Below, piece by piece: positions 18,749 to 29,260 of a DNA stretch of 64,000 nucleotides; position 1 is the stretch's first letter, and every line of letters begins with the position of its first letter. Position numbers and translations under genes: made by a program. The stretch is from assembly GCA_045587265.1 (NCBI GenBank), contig JAZNBX010000023.1, positions 6,047 through 70,046 on the forward strand, read 5' to 3'. Origin of the DNA: Acutalibacteraceae bacterium (GTDB lineage: Bacteria > Bacillota > Clostridia > Oscillospirales > Acutalibacteraceae). The notes beneath the pieces are model-generated. The model made no database searches and was not told the DNA's origin. It was given only the letters and a program-made list of their open reading frames with translations.

Positions 18749-19585
18749 ATGGATATGGATAAGCGTTGCTCACGTTGTGGCACGATGAACGAGCCGGAGT
18801 ACGTGTATTGCAGAAACTGTGGAACTCCTTTACAAACTAAAGAAACTCCACTACAGCAGGAAACACATTATACCCCTATAAGTTATAATACGATGAACGC
18901 TTATGCTACTACCGATTATTCCGAGATTGAACCCGAAATAAACGGCGTTGATACCAAAAAACTTGAGGCTTATGTTGGCGCAAAAAATCGCGATAAAATA
19001 ATGGGTCGATTTATTATAGCGCATAAAACAGGTAAAAACGTGTCATGGTTTAATTGGGCTGTTTTCTTGCTTGGTATGTTTTTAGGGCTTACGGTTGCGG
19101 CTTCTTGGTTCTTTTACAGAAAAATGTATAAGGTTGGCACAATATTGTGTGCTATTAGCATTGCTTTAACCGTTGTGGTTACTGCCTGTAACTTTTCAGA
19201 GAACAGTAAGTTTTTAAGGACCGAGTATAATAAGGTTAAGGACTATTCTGCAGAGCAAATTTTAGAATATGAAACGCCTATTACCGAACCTACAACAGTG
19301 GATACTTTGGCGTCGGTAGCAGAAATTGGTATAATTGTTTTTTTGTCGATAAGTGCTTGGAATATTTATTACAAAGAATCCACAAAACGCATTAAAAAGT
19401 TAGAGTTATCTAACTTCCCAAATAACAATCAGTTCTATGAACTAGCCGGTATGCCATCTACTGCGGCTGCGGTTTTAATTCCGTTAGGAGTGCTGTTCTT
19501 ACAGTCTTTTATAGCCTCTGCTCCTGCAATATCACTTATTCTTTCGGGTGTGGATATACAACAACTATTATTATTCCTTTATTAG
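18749..19585 (+). CDS. Zinc-ribbon + DUF2628-type membrane protein (paralog of the upstream gene)
   Basis: AAGGAG lies 8 nt before ATG 18749. CSRCG...CRNCG zinc ribbon. VSWFNWAVF...FFYRKMY motif. Confidence 0.6.
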   Translation: MDMDKRCSRCGTMNEPEYVYCRNCGTPLQTKETPLQQETHYTPISYNTMNAYATTDYSEIEPEINGVDTKKLEAYVGAKNRDKIMGRFIIAHKTGKNVSWFNWAVFLLGMFLGLTVAASWFFYRKMYKVGTILCAISIALTVVVTACNFSENSKFLRTEYNKVKDYSAEQILEYETPITEPTTVDTLASVAEIGIIVFLSISAWNIYYKESTKRIKKLELSNFPNNNQFYELAGMPSTAAAVLIPLGVLFLQSFIASAPAISLILSGVDIQQLLLFLY

Positions 19586-19603
19586 TATTTTAGGAGAATG
19601 AAA

Positions 19604-20476
19604 ATGAAAATAAAAAAAGCGGTTATTCCGGCAGCAGGATTAGGTACTAGAATTTTGCCTGCATCTAAAGCATGCCCCAAAGAGATGCTTCCAATAGTAG
19701 ATAAACCTGCTATACAATATATCGTTGAGGAAGCGGTTAAGGCGGGCATTACTGATATTTTAATTATCACAAATCGTGGCAAAGGTGTTATTGAAGACCA
19801 TTTTGACCACGCTTATGAATTAGAGGATATGTTGCGACGTCGTGGTAAAGAGGATGTTGCTAATGAGGTTGCAAAATCTGCAAACCTCGCAAACATTTAC
19901 TTTATTCGTCAAAAGCAAGCTAAAGGCTTGGGTCATGCCGTGCTTTGCGCTAAAGAGTTTGTTGGTAACGAGCCTTTTGCGGTGCTTTATGGTGATGACG
20001 TTATTATAGGTGAAGACCCTGCTATAGGCCAACTTTGCCGTGCTTATGAAAAATACGGCAAGGGCGTTGTAGGTATAAAAGAGGTTGCACCCGAGATGGT
20101 TTCGCGTTACAGTTCACTTAAGGTTGATAACCTTGAGGATAATCTATATAGCGTTACTGATATGGTAGAAAAGCCCGATACACCTGAAAAGGTATTATCA
20201 CTTTATTCCGTACTTGGCCGTTGCGTTTTAACCCCTGAAATTTTTGATATTTTAGAGAATACACCTAATGGTGCAGGCGGCGAATTACAACTTACCGACG
20301 CTATGAAAACTTTAGCCGTTAGTGACGGTATGGTTGGCGTTGATTTTACAGGCACAAGGTACGATATGGGTAATAAATTTGGCATAATGCAAGCCAATAT
20401 TGAGGTTGGTCTAAATCATCCCGAGGTTAAAGACCAATTACGCGAATTCATAAAAGAATTAGCTAAAAAATTATAA
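19604..20476 (+). CDS. galU: UTP--glucose-1-phosphate uridylyltransferase
   Basis: KAVIPAAGLGTRILPASKACPKEMLPIVDKP. The second ATG was chosen for RBS spacing. Confidence 0.95.
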   Translation: MKIKKAVIPAAGLGTRILPASKACPKEMLPIVDKPAIQYIVEEAVKAGITDILIITNRGKGVIEDHFDHAYELEDMLRRRGKEDVANEVAKSANLANIYFIRQKQAKGLGHAVLCAKEFVGNEPFAVLYGDDVIIGEDPAIGQLCRAYEKYGKGVVGIKEVAPEMVSRYSSLKVDNLEDNLYSVTDMVEKPDTPEKVLSLYSVLGRCVLTPEIFDILENTPNGAGGELQLTDAMKTLAVSDGMVGVDFTGTRYDMGNKFGIMQANIEVGLNHPEVKDQLREFIKELAKKL

Positions 20477-20481
20477 AAATA

Positions 20482-20523
20482 AAACCCACAAAACAGATAT
20501 TTTATCTGCAAAGTGGGTTTTTA
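20482..20523 (+). terminator. Intrinsic terminator
   Basis: AAACCCAC/GTGGGTTT stem with an inner helix, followed by TT. Confidence 0.6.
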
Positions 20524-20540
20524 TAAAAAGAGGATGTTAA

Positions 20541-21902
20541 ATGAACACTGGTACAATAGCGGCTATCTCGACCCCTCACGGCGAGGGCGGTATAGGTGTA
20601 ATAAGAATATCCGGCAAGGATGCTATAGCGGTTGCCGATAAGGTTTTTTGCGCGCTAAACGGCAAAAACTTAAAGGATGCCGAAGGGTACACCGCTTTAT
20701 ATGGTAAAGTAAAAAAGGATAACCTAGATATTGACGAGGCTGTTGCCTTGGTTTTCCGCGCGCCTAAAAGTTATACAGGTGAAGACGTTGTAGAACTTTC
20801 GGTGCATGGCGGTATGTACGTTGTAAAAGAAACATTGCGCGCGGTACTTTCGGCAGGTGCGAAACCCGCAGAACGAGGGGAGTTTACGCGTAGAGCATTC
20901 TTAAATGGTAAACTTGATTTAATTGAGGCAGAGGCGGTTATGGGCATAATCTCTGCTAGCGGAGAGAAAACCCAACGCGCCGCACTTTCTTTAAGAGAGG
21001 GCGCTGCTTCAAAACAGGTAGAAAAGATAAAGGCAAATCTTTTAACTGCTGCGGCAGGTCTTGCGGTTTATTCCGATTATCCAGATGATGAATTGCCCGA
21101 GTTTAGCACTGAAACTCTAGAAAACGCTTTAGGCTCTGCAAAATCCGACCTTTCGGAATTGCTTAAAAACTATGATGCGGGCAAGATTTTGCGCGAAGGC
21201 GTAAATGCTGTAATTGCAGGTAGACCAAACGTTGGTAAGTCTACTTTAATGAATGCGCTTTCGGGATGCCGTCGTTCTATAGTTACCTCTATTGCAGGAA
21301 CCACGCGTGACGTTGTTGAAGAAACCGTTATGCTTGGCGATATAAAATTAAATCTTAGTGATACTGCAGGCCTTCGTGAAACCGACGATGAAATCGAAAA
21401 AATAGGCGTCGGTATTTCCCGTAGTAAGATTGAAACTGCAGGTTTAATAATTGCGGTATTTGATGGTAGTAGTAAAGCAGAAAGCGAAGATTTAAGTTTA
21501 ATAGAACTTTGTAGCGTAAGACCTTCAGTTGCGGTTGTTAATAAAAGCGACCTTGAATCCAAGTTTGACATTTCGCTTTTAAAAGGCATACCCACAGTTG
21601 TTATCTCTGCTGAGGATGAGTCTTGTGTAGAAGTTCTTTCAAAAACAGTGGCAGATGTTTGTGGTACTAATATGTTAGATGGTAGCGAAACCTTGCTTTG
21701 TTCAGAACGTCAACGTAACTGTTGCGCGTCGGCTTTGTCTTTTGTTAGTGAGGCGTTGGACCTACTCAAAGTCGGCGTTACTTTGGATGCCGTTTCGGTT
21801 GCTATTGACGATGCATTAACCGAACTTTTATCACTAACGGGCGAGAGGGTAACCAACGCGGTTGTTGATGAAGTTTTCAGTAAATTCTGTGTAGGTAAAT
21901 AG
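20541..21902 (+). CDS. mnmE: tRNA modification GTPase MnmE
   Basis: DTIAAISTP-like N-terminus, G-domain GRPNVGKSTLMN and DTAG, C-terminal FCVGK. Confidence 0.95.
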   Translation: MNTGTIAAISTPHGEGGIGVIRISGKDAIAVADKVFCALNGKNLKDAEGYTALYGKVKKDNLDIDEAVALVFRAPKSYTGEDVVELSVHGGMYVVKETLRAVLSAGAKPAERGEFTRRAFLNGKLDLIEAEAVMGIISASGEKTQRAALSLREGAASKQVEKIKANLLTAAAGLAVYSDYPDDELPEFSTETLENALGSAKSDLSELLKNYDAGKILREGVNAVIAGRPNVGKSTLMNALSGCRRSIVTSIAGTTRDVVEETVMLGDIKLNLSDTAGLRETDDEIEKIGVGISRSKIETAGLIIAVFDGSSKAESEDLSLIELCSVRPSVAVVNKSDLESKFDISLLKGIPTVVISAEDESCVEVLSKTVADVCGTNMLDGSETLLCSERQRNCCASALSFVSEALDLLKVGVTLDAVSVAIDDALTELLSLTGERVTNAVVDEVFSKFCVGK

Positions 21903-21903
21903 T

Positions 21904-22473
21904 ATGGATAACTATGGTGAGTGGATAACCTTAAAAGAAGAAGTTAAGCGTTGCAAAGGTTGTAATTTATGTAGTAGCCAAAGGGTGCTCGATTACGGAA
22001 ACCGTGACGCTAGAATTATGATAGTAGGGGATAAGCCAACGATAAACGCTAAAGGCGAAGCAGAGGTGCTATCAAGAGATGCCAGATGCTATGTAGAAGA
22101 AACTTTGTCGCTTTTTGATATAGACCCCAAAAGCGTGTATGTCACTAACCTTGTTAACTGTGCCGCACCCTTGTACCAAAAGATAAAAAAGGATGATTTA
22201 TCGGCGTGTATAAAATGCCTGCGTAAGCAGTTTAGCTTGGTAAAGCCCGAGATAGTTGTATGTTTAGGTATGCTTGCTAGCAAAACGCTTATAGATAAGG
22301 ATTTCGATTTAAAAGAAAACCACGGCAAGACAATAAACAAGGGCAAGGTTATGTTTATGGGTACGTTTCATCCTAACAGTTTTAGTTACGATACCGATAA
22401 TCGCGATGCATTTTTAGCCGATTTTGCGGAACTTTATAATTTTTGCAAGACCTACCCACCATATAGTAAATAG
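21904..22473 (+). CDS. Uracil-DNA glycosylase superfamily protein, family-4-like with atypical motifs
   Basis: CKGCNLC near the N-terminus. IMIVGDKPT stands in place of GE(A/G)PG. FHPNS stands in place of HPS. Confidence 0.6.
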   Translation: MDNYGEWITLKEEVKRCKGCNLCSSQRVLDYGNRDARIMIVGDKPTINAKGEAEVLSRDARCYVEETLSLFDIDPKSVYVTNLVNCAAPLYQKIKKDDLSACIKCLRKQFSLVKPEIVVCLGMLASKTLIDKDFDLKENHGKTINKGKVMFMGTFHPNSFSYDTDNRDAFLADFAELYNFCKTYPPYSK

Positions 22474-22537
22474 TATTGACAGTGTTACTTTTATGCTGTA
22501 TAATATTTAAAAATAGTTCGAAACGGAAGTGTTCTAG

Positions 22538-22921
22538 GTGTCAGAAAAAATTAACGCTTTTTTAGAGAAGGGTAACAATCGTAAAATTGTTACAATAGTA
22601 GATGCAGTTGTTATTGGAATTTTATCTGTGCTTTCATTGTATTTTATTGTAAATATTTTGGGTGCAGATACTAAGGTAGATTATATAAAAACAGTTCTTA
22701 ATAATTTCTTGTGGCTAGCAATTTTTGGTGGTTTGGATTTTATTATCGTAACTTTCACAAAACCACTTTTCGGTTTTACCAGCGTGTTTGAAAACGCAGA
22801 AGCTCGCAGAACTCTAAAAGCTCGTGAAAAGGCAACAAGAGAAGAAATAGAGCGTGCTGCTAAAGAAACTCTAAAGGCTGCAAGAGCGGCAAGAAAAGCA
22901 GAAAAAGAACGCAATTCTTAA
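22538..22921 (+). CDS. Hypothetical membrane protein with a K/R/E-rich C-terminal tail
   Basis: GTG start, two TM helices, charged helical tail. Confidence 0.45.
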   Translation: MSEKINAFLEKGNNRKIVTIVDAVVIGILSVLSLYFIVNILGADTKVDYIKTVLNNFLWLAIFGGLDFIIVTFTKPLFGFTSVFENAEARRTLKAREKATREEIERAAKETLKAARAARKAEKERNS

Positions 22922-22933
22922 TAAAAAACAAAA

Positions 22934-22970
22934 GAGCTGGCTCACTAATTAAGTGAGCCAGCCTTTTTTG
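22934..22970. terminator. Bidirectional intrinsic terminator
   Basis: GCTGGCTCACT/AGTGAGCCAGC stem with T-runs on both strands. Confidence 0.85.
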
Positions 22971-22975
22971 TTATT

Positions 22976-24379
22976 TTAAATATCGCAATTGTTAACAGTT
23001 CTTGGGAAAGGTAGTACGTCACGAATGTTGCTAATACCTGTGAGGTACATAATGCATCTTTCAAAACCAAGACCGAAGCCTGCGTGCCTTGCAGAACCGT
23101 AGCGACGAAGGTCGAGATAGAATTTATAATCTTCTTCGTTAAGATTTAATTCCTTCATTCTTGCGGTTAGCTTTTCAATATCGTCTTCACGCTGGCTACC
23201 ACCAATTATTTCACCAATGCCTGGAACCAAGCAGTCCATAGCGGCAACGGTTTTGCCATCGGGATTTAATTTCATATAGAATGCCTTAATCTCTTTTGGA
23301 TAGTCGGTAACAAAAACAGGGCGCTTAAAAATTTCTTCGGTTAAATATCTTTCGTGCTCGGTCTGTAAATCGCAACCCCAGTATACTTTGTAATCAAACT
23401 TATCGTTATGCTTTTCAAGTTCTTTTATAGCATCGGTGTAGGTAATATGACCAAACTCCGAGTTAACAACAAGGTTAAGTCTTTCAAGCAGACCTTTATC
23501 AACAAAGTTATTAAAGAACTCCATTTCTTCGGGAGCGTTGTCGAGAACGTACTTGATAATGAACTTAATCATATCCTCGGCAAGAGCCATATTATCATCG
23601 TTGTCTGCAAAAGCAATTTCAGGTTCAATCATCCAGAACTCTGCCGCGTGTCTTGTGGTATTACTGTTTTCTGCGCGGAAGGTTGGACCAAAGGTGTATA
23701 TGTTGCGGAATGCCATTGCAAAGGTCTCGCCATTTAACTGACCGCTAACAGTAAGATTGGTAGGCTTCCCAAAAAAGTCTTCTGAAAAGTTAATGCTACC
23801 ATCTTCGTTTTTAGGTAGGTTATTTAGGTCGAGTGTGGTTACCTGGAACATTTCGCCTGCGCCCTCACAGTCACTACCGGTGATGATAGGAGTATGGGTG
23901 TAAACGAAATCGCGCTCCATAAAGAATTTGTGAATAGCGTATGCTGCCAAAGAGCGAACACGGAACACTGCTTGGAAGGTGTTAGTTCTTGGACGTAAGT
24001 GGGTAATTGTTCTTAAATATTCTAGTGAATGGCGTTTTTTCTGCAAAGGATAGTCGGGGGTAGAAGCGCCCTCAACAGTAATCTCTAAAGCCTGCAACTC
24101 AAAAGGTTGAGGTGCATCGGGGGTAAGAACAAGTTTACCACGTGCAATAATAGCAGTGCCAACGTTCATTTTAGAAATAGCATCAAAGTTTTCTAATTCT
24201 TGGCCGTAAACTATCTGCAAAGGCTTAAAAAACGTACCATCGCTAATTGTTATAAATCCAAAATTTTTAGAAGCGCGAACAGAGCGAACCCAACCGCAAA
24301 CTTCTATCTCGCCGCCACAAAAATCGTTTGTGTTTTTGTGTAACTGGCGAAGGGTAATAATGTTCATAAAGTTCATCAC
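22976..24379 (-). CDS. asnS: Asparagine--tRNA ligase
   Basis: Class II aaRS motifs ([28 protein letters not shown]). Length about 465 aa. The exact start among the GTG/ATG cluster is uncertain. Confidence 0.93.
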   Translation of the reverse strand: MMNFMNIITLRQLHKNTNDFCGGEIEVCGWVRSVRASKNFGFITISDGTFFKPLQIVYGQELENFDAISKMNVGTAIIARGKLVLTPDAPQPFELQALEITVEGASTPDYPLQKKRHSLEYLRTITHLRPRTNTFQAVFRVRSLAAYAIHKFFMERDFVYTHTPIITGSDCEGAGEMFQVTTLDLNNLPKNEDGSINFSEDFFGKPTNLTVSGQLNGETFAMAFRNIYTFGPTFRAENSNTTRHAAEFWMIEPEIAFADNDDNMALAEDMIKFIIKYVLDNAPEEMEFFNNFVDKGLLERLNLVVNSEFGHITYTDAIKELEKHNDKFDYKVYWGCDLQTEHERYLTEEIFKRPVFVTDYPKEIKAFYMKLNPDGKTVAAMDCLVPGIGEIIGGSQREDDIEKLTARMKELNLNEEDYKFYLDLRRYGSARHAGFGLGFERCIMYLTGISNIRDVLPFPRTVNNCDI

Positions 24380-24450
24380 CTTTAAGGAAATAATTTCATA
24401 AGCATTATTATATCATATATTTTTCGAGATTTCCACACTTTTTAGCATTT

Positions 24451-24816
24451 TTATTTAATTTTTGGCTTTGAAAAAAGGGCGATTATAAAGCCGGATACCA
24501 TAGCAACTGTAATTCCTGCCGCAGCACCCGTAATTCCGCCCGAAATAATGCCTATAATTCCGTCGCTTGCTATTGTTTCTTTAACACCTTTTGCAAGGTT
24601 ATAACCAAATCCTGTAAGTGGCACGGTTGCACCGCAACCAAAGATTTCAACAAGTGGCTTGTAAATACCAAGTCCACCAAGAATAACACCAATTGTAACG
24701 TAGCCAACGAGAATTTTCGCGGGTGTTAATTTTGTGTAGTCAATAAATAACTGTCCTACAACGCAAAGCGCACCACCGAATATAAAGGCTAAAGCGCAAT
24801 TTTTAAGTATTTCCAT
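24451..24816 (-). CDS. spoVAEB: Stage V sporulation protein AEb (SpoVAEb)
   Basis: LAFIFGGALCVVGQL...GATVPLTGFG...ALFSKPK. GGAGG lies 8 nt before ATG 24816. Confidence 0.8.
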   Translation of the reverse strand: MEILKNCALAFIFGGALCVVGQLFIDYTKLTPAKILVGYVTIGVILGGLGIYKPLVEIFGCGATVPLTGFGYNLAKGVKETIASDGIIGIISGGITGAAAGITVAMVSGFIIALFSKPKIK

Positions 24817-25009
24817 TTTTACCGCCTCCAAAGGTATTTTTTAAAATTTATTGAACAATATACCCTTTGGTAATTCATTTGTGTATTTTTTACAAAATAC
24901 TCCATAAATTTGCAAGGTTAAGTGATTAATTTTTAACAATAACCACTTGAAAAAACTTTTAAAATTTGTTAAAATAAATATATATTATGGTAGCAAGGAA
25001 GTTTTCACG

Positions 25010-26887
25010 ATGATTATGCAAGAGTTTATTAAAAATTTTTTATGTGGTAAAGCTACAAACGCAGGCGATTATATGGGGTCGCATAATGTAGGCGAAAAAA
25101 CATATTTTCGCGTTTGGGCGCCAAAAGCAAAAAGCGTTAGCGTAGTGGGTGATTTTAATGATTGGACACCTTATGTTAACTCTTGTTTTTATGTTGATGG
25201 CGGCATTTGGGAGTGCATTATGCCAAAACTTCCGAATTTTACTACCTATAAATATGCTATCGAAACCGAAAGTGGAGAGGTTATACTCAAAGCAGACCCT
25301 TATGCCTTCCATGCCGAAACTCCACCTAGTAATGCATCTAAAATCTATGATTTAGATGGATATAAGTGGGGCGACGCGGCGTTTATTAAAAAACGAAAGC
25401 CTACCTATAATGCCCCCGTGAATATTTATGAGGTTCATTTAGGCTCTTGGCGTAAAAATCCGGACGGAAGCGTTATTGATTACGTTACGTTGGCTTTAGA
25501 ACTTTCTGCTTACGTAAAAGAAATGGGATATACCCATATAGAACTTTTGCCGGTTAGTGAGTATCCTTTTGATGGCTCTTGGGGTTATCAGGTATCGGGC
25601 TATTATGCGCCTACCTCGCGTTATGGCACACCGCACGATTTTATGCAGTTTGTCGATATTATGCACCAAAATGGAATAGGTGTTATCTTCGATTGGGTGC
25701 CCGCGCATTTTCCAAAAGATAGTTTTGGGCTTTGGCGGTTTGACGGAACACCGTGCTATGAGTACGAAGACGAGAGAAAGGGCGAGCATAAAGAGTGGGG
25801 AACCGCGGTCTTTGATTACGGCAGACCCGAAGTGCAGTCTTTCTTAATTTCAAACGCGGTATATTGGGCAGAAAAGTATCATATAGATGGTATTCGTGTG
25901 GATGCGGTTGCCGCTATGCTTTATCTTGATTACAATCGTAAAGATGGCGAGTGGGTTGCCAATAAGTACGGCGGTAATGAAAATTTAGAAGCGGTTGAGT
26001 TTCTACGTAACGTTAATAACGCGATGTTTAAGGTTAATCCAAATGTTTTGATGATTGCCGAGGAGTCTACCGCGTGGCCGATGGTAACCAAACCTGATTA
26101 CGACGGCGGACTAGGTTTTAACTTTAAATGGAATATGGGTTGGATGAACGATATGCTTCGCTATATGTCGCTCGACCCACTTTTTAGAAAACATAATCAC
26201 GACGCGCTAACATTCTCGTTCTTTTATGCATTTTCAGAAAATTACGTACTGCCGATTTCTCACGATGAGGTGGTGCACGGCAAATGTTCGCTAATTTCTA
26301 AAATGCCGGGCGAGTATAATGATAAATTCGCGTCTTTAAGGGCGTTTTACGCTTATATGATGGCGCACCCAGGTAAAAAACTTTTGTTTATGGGTCAGGA
26401 GTTTGCACAGTTTATCGAGTGGAATTATAAAAGCCAACTTGACTGGTTGCTTTTAGAATACGATATGCATAAAAAGATGCAGGGCTTTGTTAAAACCTTG
26501 AACCTGTTCTATAAAAATAACAAAGCGTTTTTTGAAGAAGATACATCTTGGGAAGGCTTTAAGTGGATTTCTAACGATGATAATGAACAAAGCGTTATTT
26601 CGTTTTACAGAAGCAATAAAAAGACCAAAAAGACGGTGGTTGTCTGCAACTTTGTTCCTGTACAGCGATGTGAATATCGCATAGGAGTAGAGCAGGCAGG
26701 CGATTATGAAATCGTGCTTAATACCGACGACGAGCAGTTTGGCGGTAATGGGGTTGTTACCAAAAAGATAATCTCTAGTGAAAAAATAGAAATGCATGGT
26801 TACAAAAATTCAATTAGCCTTACGTTGCCGCCACTTTCGGTAATGTATTTAGAGAGAAGACCTAAAAAACGCGCAACAAAAAAATAA
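25010..26887 (+). CDS. glgB: 1,4-alpha-glucan branching enzyme
   Basis: GH13 motifs DWVPAHF, GIRVDAV, AEEST, SHDEVVHGK. Start at MIMQEF after AAGGAAG. Confidence 0.95.
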   Translation: MIMQEFIKNFLCGKATNAGDYMGSHNVGEKTYFRVWAPKAKSVSVVGDFNDWTPYVNSCFYVDGGIWECIMPKLPNFTTYKYAIETESGEVILKADPYAFHAETPPSNASKIYDLDGYKWGDAAFIKKRKPTYNAPVNIYEVHLGSWRKNPDGSVIDYVTLALELSAYVKEMGYTHIELLPVSEYPFDGSWGYQVSGYYAPTSRYGTPHDFMQFVDIMHQNGIGVIFDWVPAHFPKDSFGLWRFDGTPCYEYEDERKGEHKEWGTAVFDYGRPEVQSFLISNAVYWAEKYHIDGIRVDAVAAMLYLDYNRKDGEWVANKYGGNENLEAVEFLRNVNNAMFKVNPNVLMIAEESTAWPMVTKPDYDGGLGFNFKWNMGWMNDMLRYMSLDPLFRKHNHDALTFSFFYAFSENYVLPISHDEVVHGKCSLISKMPGEYNDKFASLRAFYAYMMAHPGKKLLFMGQEFAQFIEWNYKSQLDWLLLEYDMHKKMQGFVKTLNLFYKNNKAFFEEDTSWEGFKWISNDDNEQSVISFYRSNKKTKKTVVVCNFVPVQRCEYRIGVEQAGDYEIVLNTDDEQFGGNGVVTKKIISSEKIEMHGYKNSISLTLPPLSVMYLERRPKKRATKK

Positions 26888-26918
26888 TTTTGAAATTTAT
26901 ATAACGGAGTGAATTATA

Positions 26919-28124
26919 TTGAAAAAAACAGAGTGTGTGGCAATGCTTCTTGCAGGTGGACAGGGTAGCAGACTAGGTGTGCTAACCCAGAATATAGCCA
27001 AGCCTGCAGTACCATACGGCGGTAAATACAGAATAATAGATTTTCCGCTTTCAAACTGCACTAACTCAGGCATAACAACGGTCGGTGTGCTTACTCAATA
27101 CCAACCGTTAGAACTCAATGATTACATTGGCTCAGGCAAACCTTGGGACCTTGATAGGTCGCAAGGCGGGGTGCACGTGTTACCTCCTTACCAAAAATCA
27201 CAAGGTGGTGATTGGTATAAGGGCACCGCTAATGCTATATATCAAAACTTTCCCTTTATTGAAAGATATAATCCCGAGTATGTTTTGGTGCTTTCGGGCG
27301 ACCATATTTATAAAATGGACTATGCCAAAATGCTCGAGTATCATAAAGAGCAAGAGGCGGCTTGTACCATAGCGGTTTTAGAGGTGTCTTATGAGGAGGC
27401 AACCCGTTTTGGTATTATGAATACCAATCCCGATGGAACTATTTACGAATTTGAGGAGAAACCTAAAAATCCTAAAAGCAATCTCGCTTCAATGGGCATA
27501 TATATCTTCTCTTGGGATAAGATGAAGCATTATCTAACGTTAGATGAGCAAAATCCCGAATCTTCTAACGATTTTGGTAAAAACATAATACCTCTAATGC
27601 TCCAAAATGATGAAAAAATGGTGGTTTACCATTTTAATGATTATTGGAAAGACGTTGGTACTATCGATTCTTTGTGGGAAGCAAACCTAGACCTGCTCAA
27701 TCCAAAGGTAGAACTAAATCTTTCGGATAAAAAGTGGCGTATTTATTCTCGTACAGAGTCATCTCCGCCACAGTACATCTCTGATAAAGCACAGGTGCAA
27801 AACTCCTTTGTAACTGATGGTTGCGAGGTGGACGGCGAACTGGAGTTTTCTATTCTGTTTGAAAACGTAAAGGTAGAAGAGGGAGCCAAAATTATCGATT
27901 CGCTCGTAATGCCCGGTGCGGTAATTAAAAAAGGCGCCAAGGTTAAGTATGCTGTTGTAGGTGAGAATGCAGTAATTGGAGAAAATGCGACTATTGGCGA
28001 AAGTCCTGAGGAGTACGATGGCGAATGGGGTGTTGCGGTTGTTGGACCAAATGCCAAAATTAAGCAAGGCGGAAAAGTAAAACCGCAAGAAATGATTTAT
28101 GCTGATGGAAAGGAGAGTAAGTAA
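26919..28124 (+). CDS. glgC: Glucose-1-phosphate adenylyltransferase
   Basis: [16 protein letters not shown]...[18 protein letters not shown] start. Confidence 0.95.
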   Translation: MKKTECVAMLLAGGQGSRLGVLTQNIAKPAVPYGGKYRIIDFPLSNCTNSGITTVGVLTQYQPLELNDYIGSGKPWDLDRSQGGVHVLPPYQKSQGGDWYKGTANAIYQNFPFIERYNPEYVLVLSGDHIYKMDYAKMLEYHKEQEAACTIAVLEVSYEEATRFGIMNTNPDGTIYEFEEKPKNPKSNLASMGIYIFSWDKMKHYLTLDEQNPESSNDFGKNIIPLMLQNDEKMVVYHFNDYWKDVGTIDSLWEANLDLLNPKVELNLSDKKWRIYSRTESSPPQYISDKAQVQNSFVTDGCEVDGELEFSILFENVKVEEGAKIIDSLVMPGAVIKKGAKVKYAVVGENAVIGENATIGESPEEYDGEWGVAVVGPNAKIKQGGKVKPQEMIYADGKESK

Positions 28125-29242
28125 TGAGAGCGAATAATGCTTTAGCGTTAGTTTTTACTAACACAAACGACCAAAAGGTTGAAGGGTTGACGGGTGTTCG
28201 CTCAATGGCTTCTGTTCCTTTTGGTGGCAGATATAGAATAATTGACTTTCATCTATCAAATATAGTAAATGCAGGTATTAGCAAAATAGGTCTTGTGCCG
28301 CGTGCTAACTATCGTTCTTTAATGGACCATATCGGCTCTGGCAGACCTTGGGATTTAGATAGAAAAATGGGCGGTATTTCATTTTTGCCACCTTTTATTG
28401 ACGGAAATGCAGGTATGTATAAGGGTCATATTGACGCTATACACAATTTGCGTTCCTACATTTCTAAAGGCGAGCACGAATACGTTGTGCTTTGTGATGC
28501 AAATACTATTCTTAATATTGATTTAAGGGCTATGTTTAAGCAACACAAAAAGAACGGTGCTGACATAACTATTGCATATAAAAACGGTCCGCTTCCTGCT
28601 TTTGAATCGGGTCATACCCTTTATGGAATAGCGGATAATGGAAAAATAAACGAGGTACTTATTTCTGAGGACGCAGGAAAGATATGCAATTATGGAATAA
28701 GCATTGGAATATTCCGTCGTGATTTGCTTTTGAAAATGGCAAGAGAGGCATCGGAAAAGGGTGTTCATAGCATCAATAGAGCAATACAATTAGGGCTTCA
28801 TAATACAAGTAATATTTATGGTTATAAGGTAGAAAACTTTGTGGCAACTATTGATAGCATTAAGTCTTATACCGACGCTAATATGGCGCTTTTATCTCGC
28901 GATGTTCGTAAAGATTTATTTAATCCCGAACGTCCTGTTTACACAAAAACCCGTGATGATATGCCAACCAGATACGGACTAAATAGTAGCGTTAAAAATT
29001 CTATCATCGGCGAAGGTTGTATTATAGAGGGCGAGGTTTCAAACTGCGTACTGTTTAGAGGTGTAAAGGTAGGCAAGGGCACAAAACTCCAAAACTGTAT
29101 AATAATGCAGGATACCGTTATTGGCGATAATTGCAATCTAAAATTTGTAACCACCGATAAGGACGTAACGATATTAGACGGTGTAACCCTTATAGGTGCA
29201 GAGGCTAATCATTATATAATTAAAAAGGGAACAACAATATAA
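28124..29242 (+). CDS. glgD: Glucose-1-phosphate adenylyltransferase regulatory subunit GlgD
   Basis: GlgC paralog lacking the GGxGxR loop (VPFGGRYRIIDF). Its start overlaps the glgC stop. Confidence 0.9.
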   Translation: MRANNALALVFTNTNDQKVEGLTGVRSMASVPFGGRYRIIDFHLSNIVNAGISKIGLVPRANYRSLMDHIGSGRPWDLDRKMGGISFLPPFIDGNAGMYKGHIDAIHNLRSYISKGEHEYVVLCDANTILNIDLRAMFKQHKKNGADITIAYKNGPLPAFESGHTLYGIADNGKINEVLISEDAGKICNYGISIGIFRRDLLLKMAREASEKGVHSINRAIQLGLHNTSNIYGYKVENFVATIDSIKSYTDANMALLSRDVRKDLFNPERPVYTKTRDDMPTRYGLNSSVKNSIIGEGCIIEGEVSNCVLFRGVKVGKGTKLQNCIIMQDTVIGDNCNLKFVTTDKDVTILDGVTLIGAEANHYIIKKGTTI

Positions 29243-29260
29243 AAACGAAAGGAAATTGAT

